From positions 2,528,001 through 2,592,000 of the forward strand of contig OZ243913.1 in NCBI GenBank assembly GCA_965213705.1: 64,000 nt of DNA, read 5' to 3'. This stretch comes from Trueperaceae bacterium (GTDB taxonomy: Bacteria; Deinococcota; Deinococci; Deinococcales; Trueperaceae). This document shows, piece after piece, positions 39,931-49,887 of this stretch. The notes beneath the pieces were generated by a model. That model was not told the origin of the DNA. It did no database searches and saw nothing but the letters and a program-made list of their open reading frames with translations. A program made the translations under genes and the position numbers. Position 1 is the first letter of the stretch. Every line of letters begins with the position of its first letter.

Positions 39931-40146
39931 CTAACCTGTTTGCACTAGAATTTGTTGCGTACCGACGAACTCACCTTCTAATGCGGGGGGACCGTCTTCC
40001 AAAAGCATCTCGAGAACCTCACGAAGATTTTGGTGAAGCTCGTCCAGCGTCTCGCCTTGCGAATGAGCGCCGGGAAAACCGGGAATGTGACCCACAAAAA
40101 ACCCTGTGTCTGCGTCACGCTCGACAACTGCGGTATACGTCTTCAT
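39931..40146 (-). CDS. hicB: Short HicB family antitoxin
   Basis: YTAVVERD..FVGHIPGFPGAHSQGETLDEL. Confidence 0.88.
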   Translation of the reverse strand: MKTYTAVVERDADTGFFVGHIPGFPGAHSQGETLDELHQNLREVLEMLLEDGPPALEGEFVGTQQILVQTG

Positions 40147-40216
40147 ATCAAACGAGTATAAAGGATGCTTGGGGCAGTACGAGTGTCTTTGCTTTGCGGA
40201 AGACCAACCAGGGAGG

Positions 40217-41011
40217 CTAAACAAGTGGCGTGGCCGCAGGGCTCGCCACCTCATCAAGCGTCTCACGGAAGAGAGAATTTAGAACCTCCATTTTCGGTTT
40301 TTGAACGTAAGCATCAAACTTCCTGTCTGATAAACGCTCGAGTTCCGAGTCGATATAGTCGCTGATAGAGGGTACGCGCGGGCCTGTATCCAACTCGGTG
40401 CCGAGCCTTTTTTGTTCGGTGAGGACTGTTATGTCATCGACGAGTTGCTTGTCCTGCAAAATTGTACCCACCAGTTTTTCGAACTCGGTGGGTACGACGC
40501 CCAAACCACGCTCGAGCCAGTTCACAGCGAGGATGGGGCGCAAGACGTAGAAATACTTCTTAGTTTTTACGGTCTCGCCCCTGAGAGAGTCACGGTAGTT
40601 GTTTTTAGCCATGTTGAGGTAGTGATACATACACGCTTTGGCTGAATAGCAGGTCTTGGCTAAGTCACGCAACTTAGACGCCGTCGTATACGCCTCAAGG
40701 TAAACGATGGGCGAACCCAACCACTCGAGCAGCACGGGGCTGGACTTGTAAAACAGCTGCAACGCTTTTCGAAAATCCCAGCCGCTTATGTCCAACTCGC
40801 CACTGATAGGCAGTTCGATAACATCCCGCTTGCGTTCGAAGTCAACGGACAGGTACCAGTCTCGAGGCCGGAGATAGATAAAGCGCACGTCGTAGTCGCT
40901 GTCCTCCGAGGGAAAACCCCAGGCGCGGCTGCCCGACTCACAGGCGTAAAGAATAGTTACCTCCTCTTGCGACTGTATTTCTGAAAGCGCTGCCTTAATT
41001 TCTTTAACCAT
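40217..41011 (-). CDS. Pol-beta-superfamily nucleotidyltransferase (YcgL/RlaP-like)
   Basis: ESGSRAWGFPSEDSDYDVRFIY, DISGWD, KKYFYVLRP. Confidence 0.88.
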   Translation of the reverse strand: MVKEIKAALSEIQSQEEVTILYACESGSRAWGFPSEDSDYDVRFIYLRPRDWYLSVDFERKRDVIELPISGELDISGWDFRKALQLFYKSSPVLLEWLGSPIVYLEAYTTASKLRDLAKTCYSAKACMYHYLNMAKNNYRDSLRGETVKTKKYFYVLRPILAVNWLERGLGVVPTEFEKLVGTILQDKQLVDDITVLTEQKRLGTELDTGPRVPSISDYIDSELERLSDRKFDAYVQKPKMEVLNSLFRETLDEVASPAATPLV

Positions 41012-41062
41012 AAAGGACTAAACTCTAACATATAGGTAAAACTTTTTTGCTAAAGTCAGATT

Positions 41063-41338
41063 ATGGCAAACAAAGTCGGACCCAAAGGACAACTCGTCAT
41101 CGAGAAAACTATTCGGGATAGGCTGGGGGTAAAGCCGGGCTGGGTAGCCGTGCAACTGCTGGTCGACGACCACGTCCGAATTCACTTCGTTCCCCCCGAA
41201 CATGACGAGTCGCTGGCGGGTGTTTTGGCCGACTACGCCAAGCCCGAGCTTGGGTCTGAAGGTTTACACAAGGCGCGTGAGCAAGCTTGGCTCGAGGCCG
41301 CCGAGGAACGCTGGGGTGCGCAGCCGGGTGAAAAATGA
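41063..41338 (+). CDS. AbrB/MazE/SpoVT-family antitoxin
   Basis: KVGPKGQLVIEKTIRDRLGVKPG. Confidence 0.88.
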   Translation: MANKVGPKGQLVIEKTIRDRLGVKPGWVAVQLLVDDHVRIHFVPPEHDESLAGVLADYAKPELGSEGLHKAREQAWLEAAEERWGAQPGEK

Positions 41339-41736
41339 CCTTCGTCGATACGAGCGTGGTTGTCCGTTACTTGGTCGGAAGTTCGGACCCACTTTTTGAA
41401 GAAGCTAAAACGATTCTCGAGCATACCTCGGAACTCGTGATAACGGACGTAGCGCTTACAGAGGTTTTTTTCGTGCTGCGCTCGGTCTACAAAGTGCCTC
41501 GAGAAAAACTCATTGACGTGCTGGTCACGCTCGTGCAGCGTCGCAACATCCGAATCTTCAGTTTGGCAAAGGAAGTCGTGGTTAAGGGGCTGTTGCTGTG
41601 CCGCCCTTCGGGACGCGTGTCGTTACCCGACGCGCTCATCTGGGCGGCAGCGGTTTCCGGCAACGGGGTGGCGACCGTCTACTCGTTTGACGAACGCTTT
41701 CCCGCTGAAGGGGTTGAACTGCGCACGGCGTTCTGA
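41335..41736 (+). CDS. vapC: PIN-domain (VapC) toxin
   Basis: FVDTS, TE, PDALI, SFDERF; ATGA coupling. Confidence 0.88.
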   Translation: MTFVDTSVVVRYLVGSSDPLFEEAKTILEHTSELVITDVALTEVFFVLRSVYKVPREKLIDVLVTLVQRRNIRIFSLAKEVVVKGLLLCRPSGRVSLPDALIWAAAVSGNGVATVYSFDERFPAEGVELRTAF

Positions 41737-41743
41737 ACCCGAT

Positions 41744-42232
41744 TCAAACAACATCATAGTGGTGAACGATGCCCCACGCCTTGTCGAGCGTGATGCCTTG
41801 CCACTGGTCCAAAGACAAAGGGTGTTCGGTAGGTTCGAGTTCGATAGAGGGTCGTTGGTTGTCCCCTCGGAAGTGGACGCGGGTTTTCAGAAACAGCGTG
41901 TCTTCGGAGTAGTAGTCGATGCGCGTGCAAAGCCAGCCGAAGAAGGGGCCTATGGCCTCAGAATCAAAGTTGTCGAGATAAATCGCGTAGTTCTCCTTTG
42001 CCAGCGAGACCCAGACTCCAAAACCAAACTTTTCAGGATACTCTTGGACGGGTAGCTCGAGAACCCCTCGAATAAAAAAATGCTCACCGTCCAACTCACA
42101 AGTGTCCGAGGTCAGGACAAGACGCTCGGCGCGTTCGGGTTTGGGAACATCGTAATAGTGAAAAGGGGCGTCGGCTCCAATATCTGGCAAACCCTCGTGT
42201 GTCTTTCCGCAGACGGAACAAGCGTAGCTCAT
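41744..42232 (-). CDS. DUF2199 family protein
   Basis: CSVCGKTH, FFIRG, GVWVSL, FFGWL, HPL. Confidence 0.82.
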   Translation of the reverse strand: MSYACSVCGKTHEGLPDIGADAPFHYYDVPKPERAERLVLTSDTCELDGEHFFIRGVLELPVQEYPEKFGFGVWVSLAKENYAIYLDNFDSEAIGPFFGWLCTRIDYYSEDTLFLKTRVHFRGDNQRPSIELEPTEHPLSLDQWQGITLDKAWGIVHHYDVV

Positions 42233-42379
42233 GGGTTTGTTGAGTGTAGACCTGCTCGCCTCGAGACCGCCGTATCATTTGACCCGCTTTGGAGCGCACG
42301 CGGTCGGTTCGGGGAGGCTGAAGTTCAGTTTTTGCGCTGAACGACACAACCGCTACCGACCTGAGACCCGTAGCTATAG

Positions 42380-42431
42380 AAACCCACAGGTATCATTTAT
42401 GGTTCAACCATAGATGATACCTGTGGGTTTT
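42380..42431. terminator. Long hairpin immediately downstream of tRNA-Pro
   Basis: AAACCCACAGGTATCATTTATGGTT-C-AACCATAGATGATACCTGTGGGTTT. Confidence 0.75.
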
Positions 42432-42510
<79 letters not shown>

Positions 42511-42571
42511 GTGTTCTTGACCCTGGTGTGCCGCGCGAGTCTCACGCACGAGCACCGGAGTATAGCAAGCT

Positions 42572-43039
42572 TTACGCGCTCCTGTAAACCCAGCGCAGGG
42601 CGTAAAGCCCTGAATACCGTCCCCCGTTCAGCCGTGTGCAGCAGCTTTTACAAGCGACCAGCGCGGCCGTTTTGCGGTGGCGCGGGACTTCTAAACCGCA
42701 GGTGTCGCAAACCAGCAGGTAGCGCGAGGGCGGCTGAACGACTTCTGCGGAGGTGTGACAGCGTTGCACGGAAATGCCGAATTCAAGGCACTTCGCCTGC
42801 CAAGCGGGGCCGTGGGCGGCTCCCGGCGTGAGGGCGTGGGCGATTTCGTGAAGCAGCGTCTCGCGCACGGCTGCGCGAGGGTTGAGTTCGGTCAGGGTAC
42901 GGGACAGGTTTATCGTCCGCGTCGTGTAATGGCAAGCGCCGAACCGCCGTTTGGCCCGGTCGAACTTGAACGTCCAGTCGCTGAGGCCGTGACGGGCTAT
43001 GAGGGTTTCGGCAAGCTGTCGGGCGTCTGTAAGCTCCAT
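42572..43039 (-). CDS. SprT-like zinc metalloprotease domain protein
   Basis: [16 protein letters not shown]-terminal CxxC...CxxC. Confidence 0.88.
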   Translation of the reverse strand: MELTDARQLAETLIARHGLSDWTFKFDRAKRRFGACHYTTRTINLSRTLTELNPRAAVRETLLHEIAHALTPGAAHGPAWQAKCLEFGISVQRCHTSAEVVQPPSRYLLVCDTCGLEVPRHRKTAALVACKSCCTRLNGGRYSGLYALRWVYRSA

Positions 43040-43099
43040 AGGGCTCAGCTTGACATCTTCCGGCGTAGCGTCTCCCCTTCTCAAGCTACACTGGAAAGC

Positions 43100-43714
43100 G
43101 TGACCGACTCAGAAGAACGTTTCGACCTGTTGGACGAATCGGGTGAACCCACGGGCGAGACCAAGGCTCGAGCCCAAGTCCACCGCGACGGCGACTGGCA
43201 CCGCAGTTTTCACCTGTGGCTTGTCAAGGACGAAAAATACGTGCTACTGCAGCGGCGCAGTACGCGCAAAGACGTGGCGGGCGGCAAGATAGACGTGACG
43301 GTGGGCGGCCATTTTCGCGCCGGCGAAAGTTTGGCGCAGGTGGTCCGCGAGGCCGAGGAAGAGATAGGTCTAAGGGTCACGCCCGCCGACCTGCACTACC
43401 TGGGCGCGCACCAAAGTAAGTTGGTGCAGGGTGATATTACTGACCGCGAAATCGTGGAGAACTACGTCCTGCGCTGTGACCAACCGCTCGAGCACTACTA
43501 CCTGGACTGCGCCGAGGTCGACGTGCTTTACGAAGCCCCACTCGACGGCGCGATAAACCTTTACCGGGAGGGCGGCTTTCTGGCCGTCGCCGGGTTCGAC
43601 TGTCAGGGACGCCCCAACAACGCACTGCTCGTCGAGGACGACTTGATTGAGGCGGCGCGCGAGACGACGGCCCAGGTGCTGCTCAACATCAAAGCTTGGT
43701 TGGACGAACAGTAA
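43100..43714 (+). CDS. NUDIX hydrolase (IDI-like)
   Basis: VHRDGDWHRSFH, LLQRRS, GES...REAEEEIG. Confidence 0.88.
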   Translation: MTDSEERFDLLDESGEPTGETKARAQVHRDGDWHRSFHLWLVKDEKYVLLQRRSTRKDVAGGKIDVTVGGHFRAGESLAQVVREAEEEIGLRVTPADLHYLGAHQSKLVQGDITDREIVENYVLRCDQPLEHYYLDCAEVDVLYEAPLDGAINLYREGGFLAVAGFDCQGRPNNALLVEDDLIEAARETTAQVLLNIKAWLDEQ

Positions 43715-43726
43715 AGGGAGGTATAC

Positions 43727-44713
43727 ATGAATTTGCTCGTTTTAGGCGGTACGCGGTTTGTCGGGCGGCACATCGTCGAAGAAGCGCAGCGGCGCGGCCA
43801 CGAGGTGACGCTGTTCAACCGGGGCACGCATGAAGACGTGTTTCCGGGCCTCGAGCTTTTAACCGGAGACCGCAACGAAGACTTGTCAGCCTTGGCCGGG
43901 TGCAGTTGGGACGCGGTTGTCGACACCTGCGGCTACTTCCCGCGGCAGCTCGAGCTTGCGACCCGAGCGCTTGAAAACAATGTGGCGCACTACGTCTTCA
44001 TCTCGACCATCTCGGTTTACGCCGACCTGTCCACCCCGAACACCAACGAGGACGCGCCGCTCGCTACTGTCGAAGACCCGACGACCGAAGAGGTAAACGG
44101 CGAGACTTACGGCGGGCTCAAAGTTTTGTGTGAAGAGGTCGTCCGCGCGGCTTTCCCGGACCATAACCTCATCCTGCGCCCCGGCATCGTCGCGGGGCCT
44201 TACGACCCGACCGACCGCTTTACCTGTTGGCCGGAGCGCGTCGCTCGAGGCGGAGACATGCTCACCCCCGGTCGCGCCGACGCGCCGCTCCAATTTATCG
44301 ACGCCCGCGACTTGGCGGTTTTTACCCTGGACGGGCTCGAGGCGCGGGCGACAGGCACCTACAACGTGGTCGCCCCGGCGGGAAAATTCAGCTTCGGCGA
44401 ACTGCTCGAGACGAGTCGGCAAGTTAGCGGCAGCGACACGCTTTTGACCTGGGTGGACGACGATTTTTTGAAAGCGCAAGGCTTCGAGAGCGGCGCGACT
44501 GAGTTGCCGTTCTGGTTGCCGCCAGAAGACGACGCCTGGCAGCTGGTTAGCAGCGAAAAAGCCACAGCCGCCGGTCTCAAGACGCGCCCCCTCGCCGACA
44601 CCGTCCGCGACACGCTTCACTGGAGCGAAGCACGCCCCCAGGACACGGGCCGCAAAGCCGGGCTAACGCCCCAACGAGAAGCGGAGCTGTTAAACGCCTG
44701 GCACGCCGCTTGA
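43727..44713 (+). CDS. NAD-dependent epimerase/dehydratase family protein
   Basis: LGGTRFVG, FISTISVY, YGGLK. Confidence 0.9.
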   Translation: MNLLVLGGTRFVGRHIVEEAQRRGHEVTLFNRGTHEDVFPGLELLTGDRNEDLSALAGCSWDAVVDTCGYFPRQLELATRALENNVAHYVFISTISVYADLSTPNTNEDAPLATVEDPTTEEVNGETYGGLKVLCEEVVRAAFPDHNLILRPGIVAGPYDPTDRFTCWPERVARGGDMLTPGRADAPLQFIDARDLAVFTLDGLEARATGTYNVVAPAGKFSFGELLETSRQVSGSDTLLTWVDDDFLKAQGFESGATELPFWLPPEDDAWQLVSSEKATAAGLKTRPLADTVRDTLHWSEARPQDTGRKAGLTPQREAELLNAWHAA

Positions 44714-44720
44714 ACTGCGG

Positions 44721-45797
44721 CTAGGGCGTCCTGAGGTAGCGCTCGATGTCCGCTTCGTGCGCCGCTAGGTCCAGGTTGGGGCGAAACACCCGCTCGCCCG
44801 CGTCGCTGCCGTGTAAAAAGTACAAGTAGTCCTGCCCGTCGGCGTCTTGGCGGACGGGTGTGAGCACGGCCTGCAGCGCGTCCTCGCCGGGGTTGTCGAT
44901 GGGTGTGGCGGGCAGGCCGGGCCGGGTGTACGTGTTCCAGGGCGTGTCCTGTTTGAGGTCGCCCGCGACGGCGTCGAGTTGCGGTAAGTCCTTGCCGAGT
45001 CCGTAGGCCACCGTCGGGTCGCTTTGCAGGAGCATCCCGCGCTCGAGCCGGTTCAAAAAAACACCTGCAATAATCGGCATTTCCGAAGCGTCGGCGGCTT
45101 CGGCCTGGACCATGCTGGCTAAGGTGACCCAGTCGGCGACGGTGAGGTGTTGGGCGGCGAGTGCGTCGGCGTACTTTTCACGTTCGGTCTCGAACCGGGC
45201 CAACATCGTTTCGACGACGGTTTCAGCGTCGCTGCGGACGGGCAACTCGTAGCCTGCGGGGAACAGGTAACCTTCTAAACTCAGGCCCACCGGGACGTAG
45301 TCGGGCCGCAAATTGCCCGGCTCGGTGAACAGTGCCAGCAACGCGGTTTTAGCACCAAAACCCAGCTTCTCCAGACGCACCGCGATGTCCACGAGCCGAA
45401 AGCCCTCGGGAATAACGGCGAACACGGTACGTGGGCGGCCTCCGGTTTGAAGCGTGTCGGCAGTTTCGGCCGCGCTCATGGCCGGGTCGAGCGTGTACAG
45501 TCCTTCGCCTATCGAGCGGTCGAGACTGCGGTAACGCAAGTACAGCCCGAACACGCGCGCGTCGTGGACGAGGCCCGCCTCGCTCAACGCCTGGGCGACG
45601 CGGTTGCCGCCCCAACCCGGCAACACCTCGAACTCGGTCGGGGCGCTCGTGCTCGAGACCGGACCGAGTTGCTGGCGCAACGCCAAAAAACCCGCTCCGA
45701 CAAGCAGGGCGATAAGCAAGAAGCTCCAACCGACAAAGCGTCTGCGACCCGGCCGGCGGGCAGGCGGGACGGCTGTGGACTTGGGTATATCAGCCAC
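44721..45797 (-). CDS. mltG: Endolytic transglycosylase MltG
   Basis: IPEG, LEGYLFP, ASMVQAE, LQSDPT, NTY..PGLP. Confidence 0.93.
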   Translation of the reverse strand: MADIPKSTAVPPARRPGRRRFVGWSFLLIALLVGAGFLALRQQLGPVSSTSAPTEFEVLPGWGGNRVAQALSEAGLVHDARVFGLYLRYRSLDRSIGEGLYTLDPAMSAAETADTLQTGGRPRTVFAVIPEGFRLVDIAVRLEKLGFGAKTALLALFTEPGNLRPDYVPVGLSLEGYLFPAGYELPVRSDAETVVETMLARFETEREKYADALAAQHLTVADWVTLASMVQAEAADASEMPIIAGVFLNRLERGMLLQSDPTVAYGLGKDLPQLDAVAGDLKQDTPWNTYTRPGLPATPIDNPGEDALQAVLTPVRQDADGQDYLYFLHGSDAGERVFRPNLDLAAHEADIERYLRTP

Positions 45798-45826
45798 GGA
45801 AGCTTCAGTTTACCCTTTATGGCTCG

Positions 45827-46255
45827 TTACGCGTTTGGTACGGTCTTACGAAGATAGGTTTCTAAGATGAGGACGGCCGCGGCCTCGTCGAGCAAGCCTT
45901 TTTCCTGCCGCTTTTTTTTGCGCATACCGCTCGTGACGAGACCGCGGCCGGCAAGCTGGGTCGTATAGCGCTCGTCTTCGAAGACGACGGTAAGACCCGC
46001 CGCTTGCAACGCTGCGGCAAAGTCCCGCACGGCCCGCGTTTGCGCCGAGTCGCCCCCGTCGCTCCGGCGCGGCAAGCCGACGACGACGCGAGATGCGTTC
46101 TCCGCCACCAGCCGCGCCCGCACCGCCGCCACGTCGTTTGTCAAGTTGCTACGGACGATGTAGCCGCGCCCGAAGGCGAACGAAGAACCAAGCTCGCCCC
46201 GCGCCACCCCGATGCGCGCCTCGCCCACGTCGAGCGCGATGACGGCCTCAGCCAT
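45827..46255 (-). CDS. ruvX: Holliday junction resolvase-like RuvX/YqgF
   Basis: ALDVGEARIGVA, VVGLP, DERYTT, AAVLIL. Confidence 0.93.
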   Translation of the reverse strand: MAEAVIALDVGEARIGVARGELGSSFAFGRGYIVRSNLTNDVAAVRARLVAENASRVVVGLPRRSDGGDSAQTRAVRDFAAALQAAGLTVVFEDERYTTQLAGRGLVTSGMRKKKRQEKGLLDEAAAVLILETYLRKTVPNA

Positions 46256-47087
46256 TATCCAGCCAGCCCTCGAGCACCGCCGCCACCCCGTCCGCGTCGT
46301 TGCTGCCGGTCACAAAGTCGGCCGCGGCTTTCGCCTCGGGCGCGGCGTTGGCGACGGCCACGCCGTAACCGGCCCAGGCAAGCATCTCCCTATCGTTGTT
46401 CTGGTCGCCGAAGGCCGCCACGTCCGCGGCGCGAAAACCGAACTTCTCGCACAGGTGTTCCAGGGCTTCGCGTTTGTTGACCGAGCGCGCCATCACCTCG
46501 AGCAACTTTTCACTCGTCCAGGTGGCGTAGACGGGCAAGCCGTGAAGGGCTTTCACCAGGGTCGGCGCGCTCAGGCTGGGATGCCGAAACAGCAGCTTGA
46601 CGGCGTCCTCGCCTAGAAAATCGCACACATCGCCGTGCCCGGTGGGAAACGGCAACCCGCGCGCCTCGAGGCCGGCGCGGCGCAGTTCGAACAGGGCGCT
46701 GTCCCAGTACCAGCCCCTGCGGGTCTCGAGGCCCGCCATCACCTCCGGGTGACAAGTCCGCAAGCGTGCGACGGACTCGAAGGCCAGGTCACGGTCCAGA
46801 CTGTGGCGGTACTCGAAGCTGTCGGTCGCGAAGTTCACCACAACCGCGCCGTTGAAGGCCAGGACGAGGTCGGCTATTTCCAACTGTTCCGCCAACACCC
46901 GCACGTGTCGCGGCGGGCGTCCGGTGCAGAGAACCACGCGCACGCCCCGCGCCTTGAGCCCGCGAATCGCCGCCACACTGCGCTCACTCACCTCGCCCTG
47001 AGACGTGAGCAACGTGCCGTCTAGGTCGAGGGCGACGAGCTTGGGCACGGAAGTACCGAGGACCGGGTGAAAAGCTGAGAGTGTCAC
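46248..47087 (-). CDS. Cof-type HAD-IIB hydrolase
   Basis: DLDGTLL, TGR, NK, FGDQNND. Confidence 0.92.
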   Translation of the reverse strand: MTLSAFHPVLGTSVPKLVALDLDGTLLTSQGEVSERSVAAIRGLKARGVRVVLCTGRPPRHVRVLAEQLEIADLVLAFNGAVVVNFATDSFEYRHSLDRDLAFESVARLRTCHPEVMAGLETRRGWYWDSALFELRRAGLEARGLPFPTGHGDVCDFLGEDAVKLLFRHPSLSAPTLVKALHGLPVYATWTSEKLLEVMARSVNKREALEHLCEKFGFRAADVAAFGDQNNDREMLAWAGYGVAVANAAPEAKAAADFVTGSNDADGVAAVLEGWLDNG

Positions 47088-47146
47088 GAGCTTTTACTCG
47101 CCTACGCCCTCTCCCCTGCTCCCGCTTTTGAACAGGTCCGCCCGCT

Positions 47147-49825
47147 TCACGCGGCGCTCACGCTTGCCAAGATTTCCGGCACGGCGGCCAGCGCTGCCGA
47201 CAGCTTGCCCATGTCCTTTACGCCCGCCTGGGCCATGTCGGGGCGGCCGCCGCCGCCACCGCCCGCTCGAGCGGCGATGTCCCGGACCAGGTTGCCCGCG
47301 TGCGCGCCGCGGGACTGCGCGTCTGCGCTCACTTTGGTGACGAGGAGGTTGCCGCTCGCCACCAGGACGATGTCGGCCTTGGTTTTACCGAGCAGCGTGT
47401 CGGCGGCGTTGCGAAGTGCGCCCGCGTCTAAGCCTTGCAGCGTCGTCGTCACGTACTTGAATCCAGCCGCCTCCTTGACTTCGCTCCCGGCACTCCCAGC
47501 GGTTTGGGCAGCGGCAAGCTTGTCGCGCAGTTGGTCGACCTCGCGTTGGGAGGCTTTCAAGTCTGCTTGAACTTTGTCGACGCGCTCCACCAACTCTTCG
47601 GGTTTCGCGCCGAGTTGTCGGGCGGCGGCCGTCGCCGTGGCCCGTAAATTCTGCAGGTAACCGAGCGCCGCCATACCGGTCAGCGCCTCGACACGCCGCA
47701 CGCCGGCCGACACCGCCTCTTCGGAAACGATTACCAGGCTCCCGATTTCGCCGGTGCGCGTGACGTGGGTGCCGCCGCAGAGTTCAACTGACACGGCGGC
47801 GTTCTGCGGCGCACCCATCGTCACCATGCGCACCCGCTCGCCGTACTTCTCGCCGAAAAGCATCATCGCGCCGCTCGCGCGAGCCTCAGCGATGGGCACA
47901 ACTTTCCAGTTCACCGCGAAATCCGCTTGAATCCAGCGGTTGACGAGGGTTTCAATCTTCTCGACCTCGTCACTCGTCAGCGCTTTACCGTGCGAAAAGT
48001 CGAAACGCAGGCGTTCGGGCGCGACGAGCGAGCCCGCCTGCGCGACGTGGGTGCCGAGCACGCTCCGCAGCGCGGCGTGCAGCAGGTGCGTGGCCGAGTG
48101 GTGTTTCTGCGTCTCGACACGGCTAGGGTCGACCGTGGCCGTCACGCCCTGCCCCGTGGTGAGCGTCCCGCGCACGATGCGAGCCTGGTGGACGAACAGA
48201 CCCTGCGGACTTTTGCTCGTCGCGACGACCACGGCCCCGCCGCCGTCCCAGGCGAGCTTGCCCGCGTCGCCGACCTGGCCGCCGCCCTCGGCGTAAAACG
48301 GGGTTTTGTTGAGGATAACTTGTGCGGTCGCGCCTTCGCTCACCCTTTCGACGCTGTCGTCGTCTTGAACGAGGGCGAGGACGGTCGCCTGCGCGTCGCT
48401 GGCCGCGTAGCCCAGAAACTCGGTTTCACCGTGGCTTTTGGCAATCGCGCCAAGGGTGTCCTTACCGGCGCTGAAAATCGCGCCGCCTTCTTTGTCGCCC
48501 TTGGAGGCTTGCCGGGCGCGCTCTCGAGCCGCCTCGTACCCTTCTCTGTCCACTGTGACGCCGCGCTCCGCCGCCATATCTTGGGTGAGGTCCAACGGAA
48601 AGCCGTGGGTCTGCCACAAGTCGAAAGCGACCTCGCCGCTGAGTTCGTCACCCGTCAAGCCGTCCAAAATCCGGCCCACCCGCACGATGCCGGACTCTAG
48701 TGTCCGCAAAAACTGTTCTTCCTCGGTCTTGACGATGCCCTGCACCCGCTCCTTGGCACCGGCGAGTTCGGGGTAGGCCGCGCCCATCGCTTGAACGACT
48801 TGCTCGACGAGTCGGTACAAAACGGGCTCGCGCAAACCCAGCAGCCAGGCGTGGCGGGCGGCGCGGCGGATGAGCATTTTCAAGACGTAGCCCGCGCCGT
48901 CGTTGGCGGGCAGCACCCCGTCGGCAATCGTGAAGGTGACGGCTCGAGCGTGCTCGGCAATCACGCGGTGCGAGAGGCTTTTTTGACCCTCGTAGGGTTT
49001 TCCGGTGAGTTCGACCAACTTACGAATCGTCGGCTGGAACAGCTCGGTCGCGTAGGCGTCCGGCTTGCCGGTCATCACCGCGGCGAGGCGTTCGAAACCC
49101 AGACCGGTGTCGATGTTTTGTTGCGGCAAGGGCACCAGTTCGCCGCCGTCTTGTCTATCGAACTGCGTAAACACGAGGTTCCAAATCTCGATGAAGCGGT
49201 CGCCCGAGCCGGTGTTCGGACCCGTTTCGTCGTTGGAGCCGAACTCGGGGCCACGGTCGTAAAAAATTTCCGAACAGGGACCGCAGGGACCGTTCGGGCC
49301 CTGGCTGACCGCGTTGGCGGGCCAAAAATTTTCGTCTTCACCCCAGCGCGAAATGCGCGCCTCGGGTATGCCGACATGGTCGCGCCACACCGCATACGCC
49401 TCGTCGTCGTCGTTGTACACGGTGACGTAAAGCCGCTCGGGCGCTAAACCCATCCACTCGTCACTCGTCAAAAATTCCCAGGCCCATTCAGCCGCCTCTT
49501 TTTTAAAATAATCGCCGAACGAGAAGTTGCCCATCATCTCGAAAAACGAGTGGTGCCGCAGGGTGCGCCCCACGTTTTCAATGTCGCCCACACGCAAGCA
49601 CTTCTGCGCCGTGGTGACGCGCGGCCACAGCCCTTCGAAACCCGCAAACTTCGGCGTCGCGCCCAAAAAGTAAGGCTTGAACTGCACCATCCCGGCCGAG
49701 GTAAAGAGCAGCGTTGGGTCTTCGCTTTTTAACGACGCCGACGGGTAGACGAGGTGATTTTTCTGCCGAAAGAACCTGAGGTAACGTTGCCTCAGTTCGT
49801 TGATGTTTTCCTGTGAATCCTGCAT
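47147..49825 (-). CDS. alaS: Alanine--tRNA ligase
   Basis: FTSAGMVQFK, GNFSFGDYFK, HSATHLLH, ELCGGTH, GGGGG DHHA1. Confidence 0.98.
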   Translation of the reverse strand: MQDSQENINELRQRYLRFFRQKNHLVYPSASLKSEDPTLLFTSAGMVQFKPYFLGATPKFAGFEGLWPRVTTAQKCLRVGDIENVGRTLRHHSFFEMMGNFSFGDYFKKEAAEWAWEFLTSDEWMGLAPERLYVTVYNDDDEAYAVWRDHVGIPEARISRWGEDENFWPANAVSQGPNGPCGPCSEIFYDRGPEFGSNDETGPNTGSGDRFIEIWNLVFTQFDRQDGGELVPLPQQNIDTGLGFERLAAVMTGKPDAYATELFQPTIRKLVELTGKPYEGQKSLSHRVIAEHARAVTFTIADGVLPANDGAGYVLKMLIRRAARHAWLLGLREPVLYRLVEQVVQAMGAAYPELAGAKERVQGIVKTEEEQFLRTLESGIVRVGRILDGLTGDELSGEVAFDLWQTHGFPLDLTQDMAAERGVTVDREGYEAARERARQASKGDKEGGAIFSAGKDTLGAIAKSHGETEFLGYAASDAQATVLALVQDDDSVERVSEGATAQVILNKTPFYAEGGGQVGDAGKLAWDGGGAVVVATSKSPQGLFVHQARIVRGTLTTGQGVTATVDPSRVETQKHHSATHLLHAALRSVLGTHVAQAGSLVAPERLRFDFSHGKALTSDEVEKIETLVNRWIQADFAVNWKVVPIAEARASGAMMLFGEKYGERVRMVTMGAPQNAAVSVELCGGTHVTRTGEIGSLVIVSEEAVSAGVRRVEALTGMAALGYLQNLRATATAAARQLGAKPEELVERVDKVQADLKASQREVDQLRDKLAAAQTAGSAGSEVKEAAGFKYVTTTLQGLDAGALRNAADTLLGKTKADIVLVASGNLLVTKVSADAQSRGAHAGNLVRDIAARAGGGGGGRPDMAQAGVKDMGKLSAALAAVPEILASVSAA

Positions 49826-49887
49826 CTAGTCCTCCTGAAAGCCGAAAGCCAGTTTACCCCGCGCACGCGCTTAAAAACGTTGCAAAC

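Larger units (their letters stand above)
39556..40168. repeat. 15-bp exact direct repeats flanking the hicBA module
   Basis: GAGTATAAAGGATGC at 39556-39570 and 40154-40168. Confidence 0.85.
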
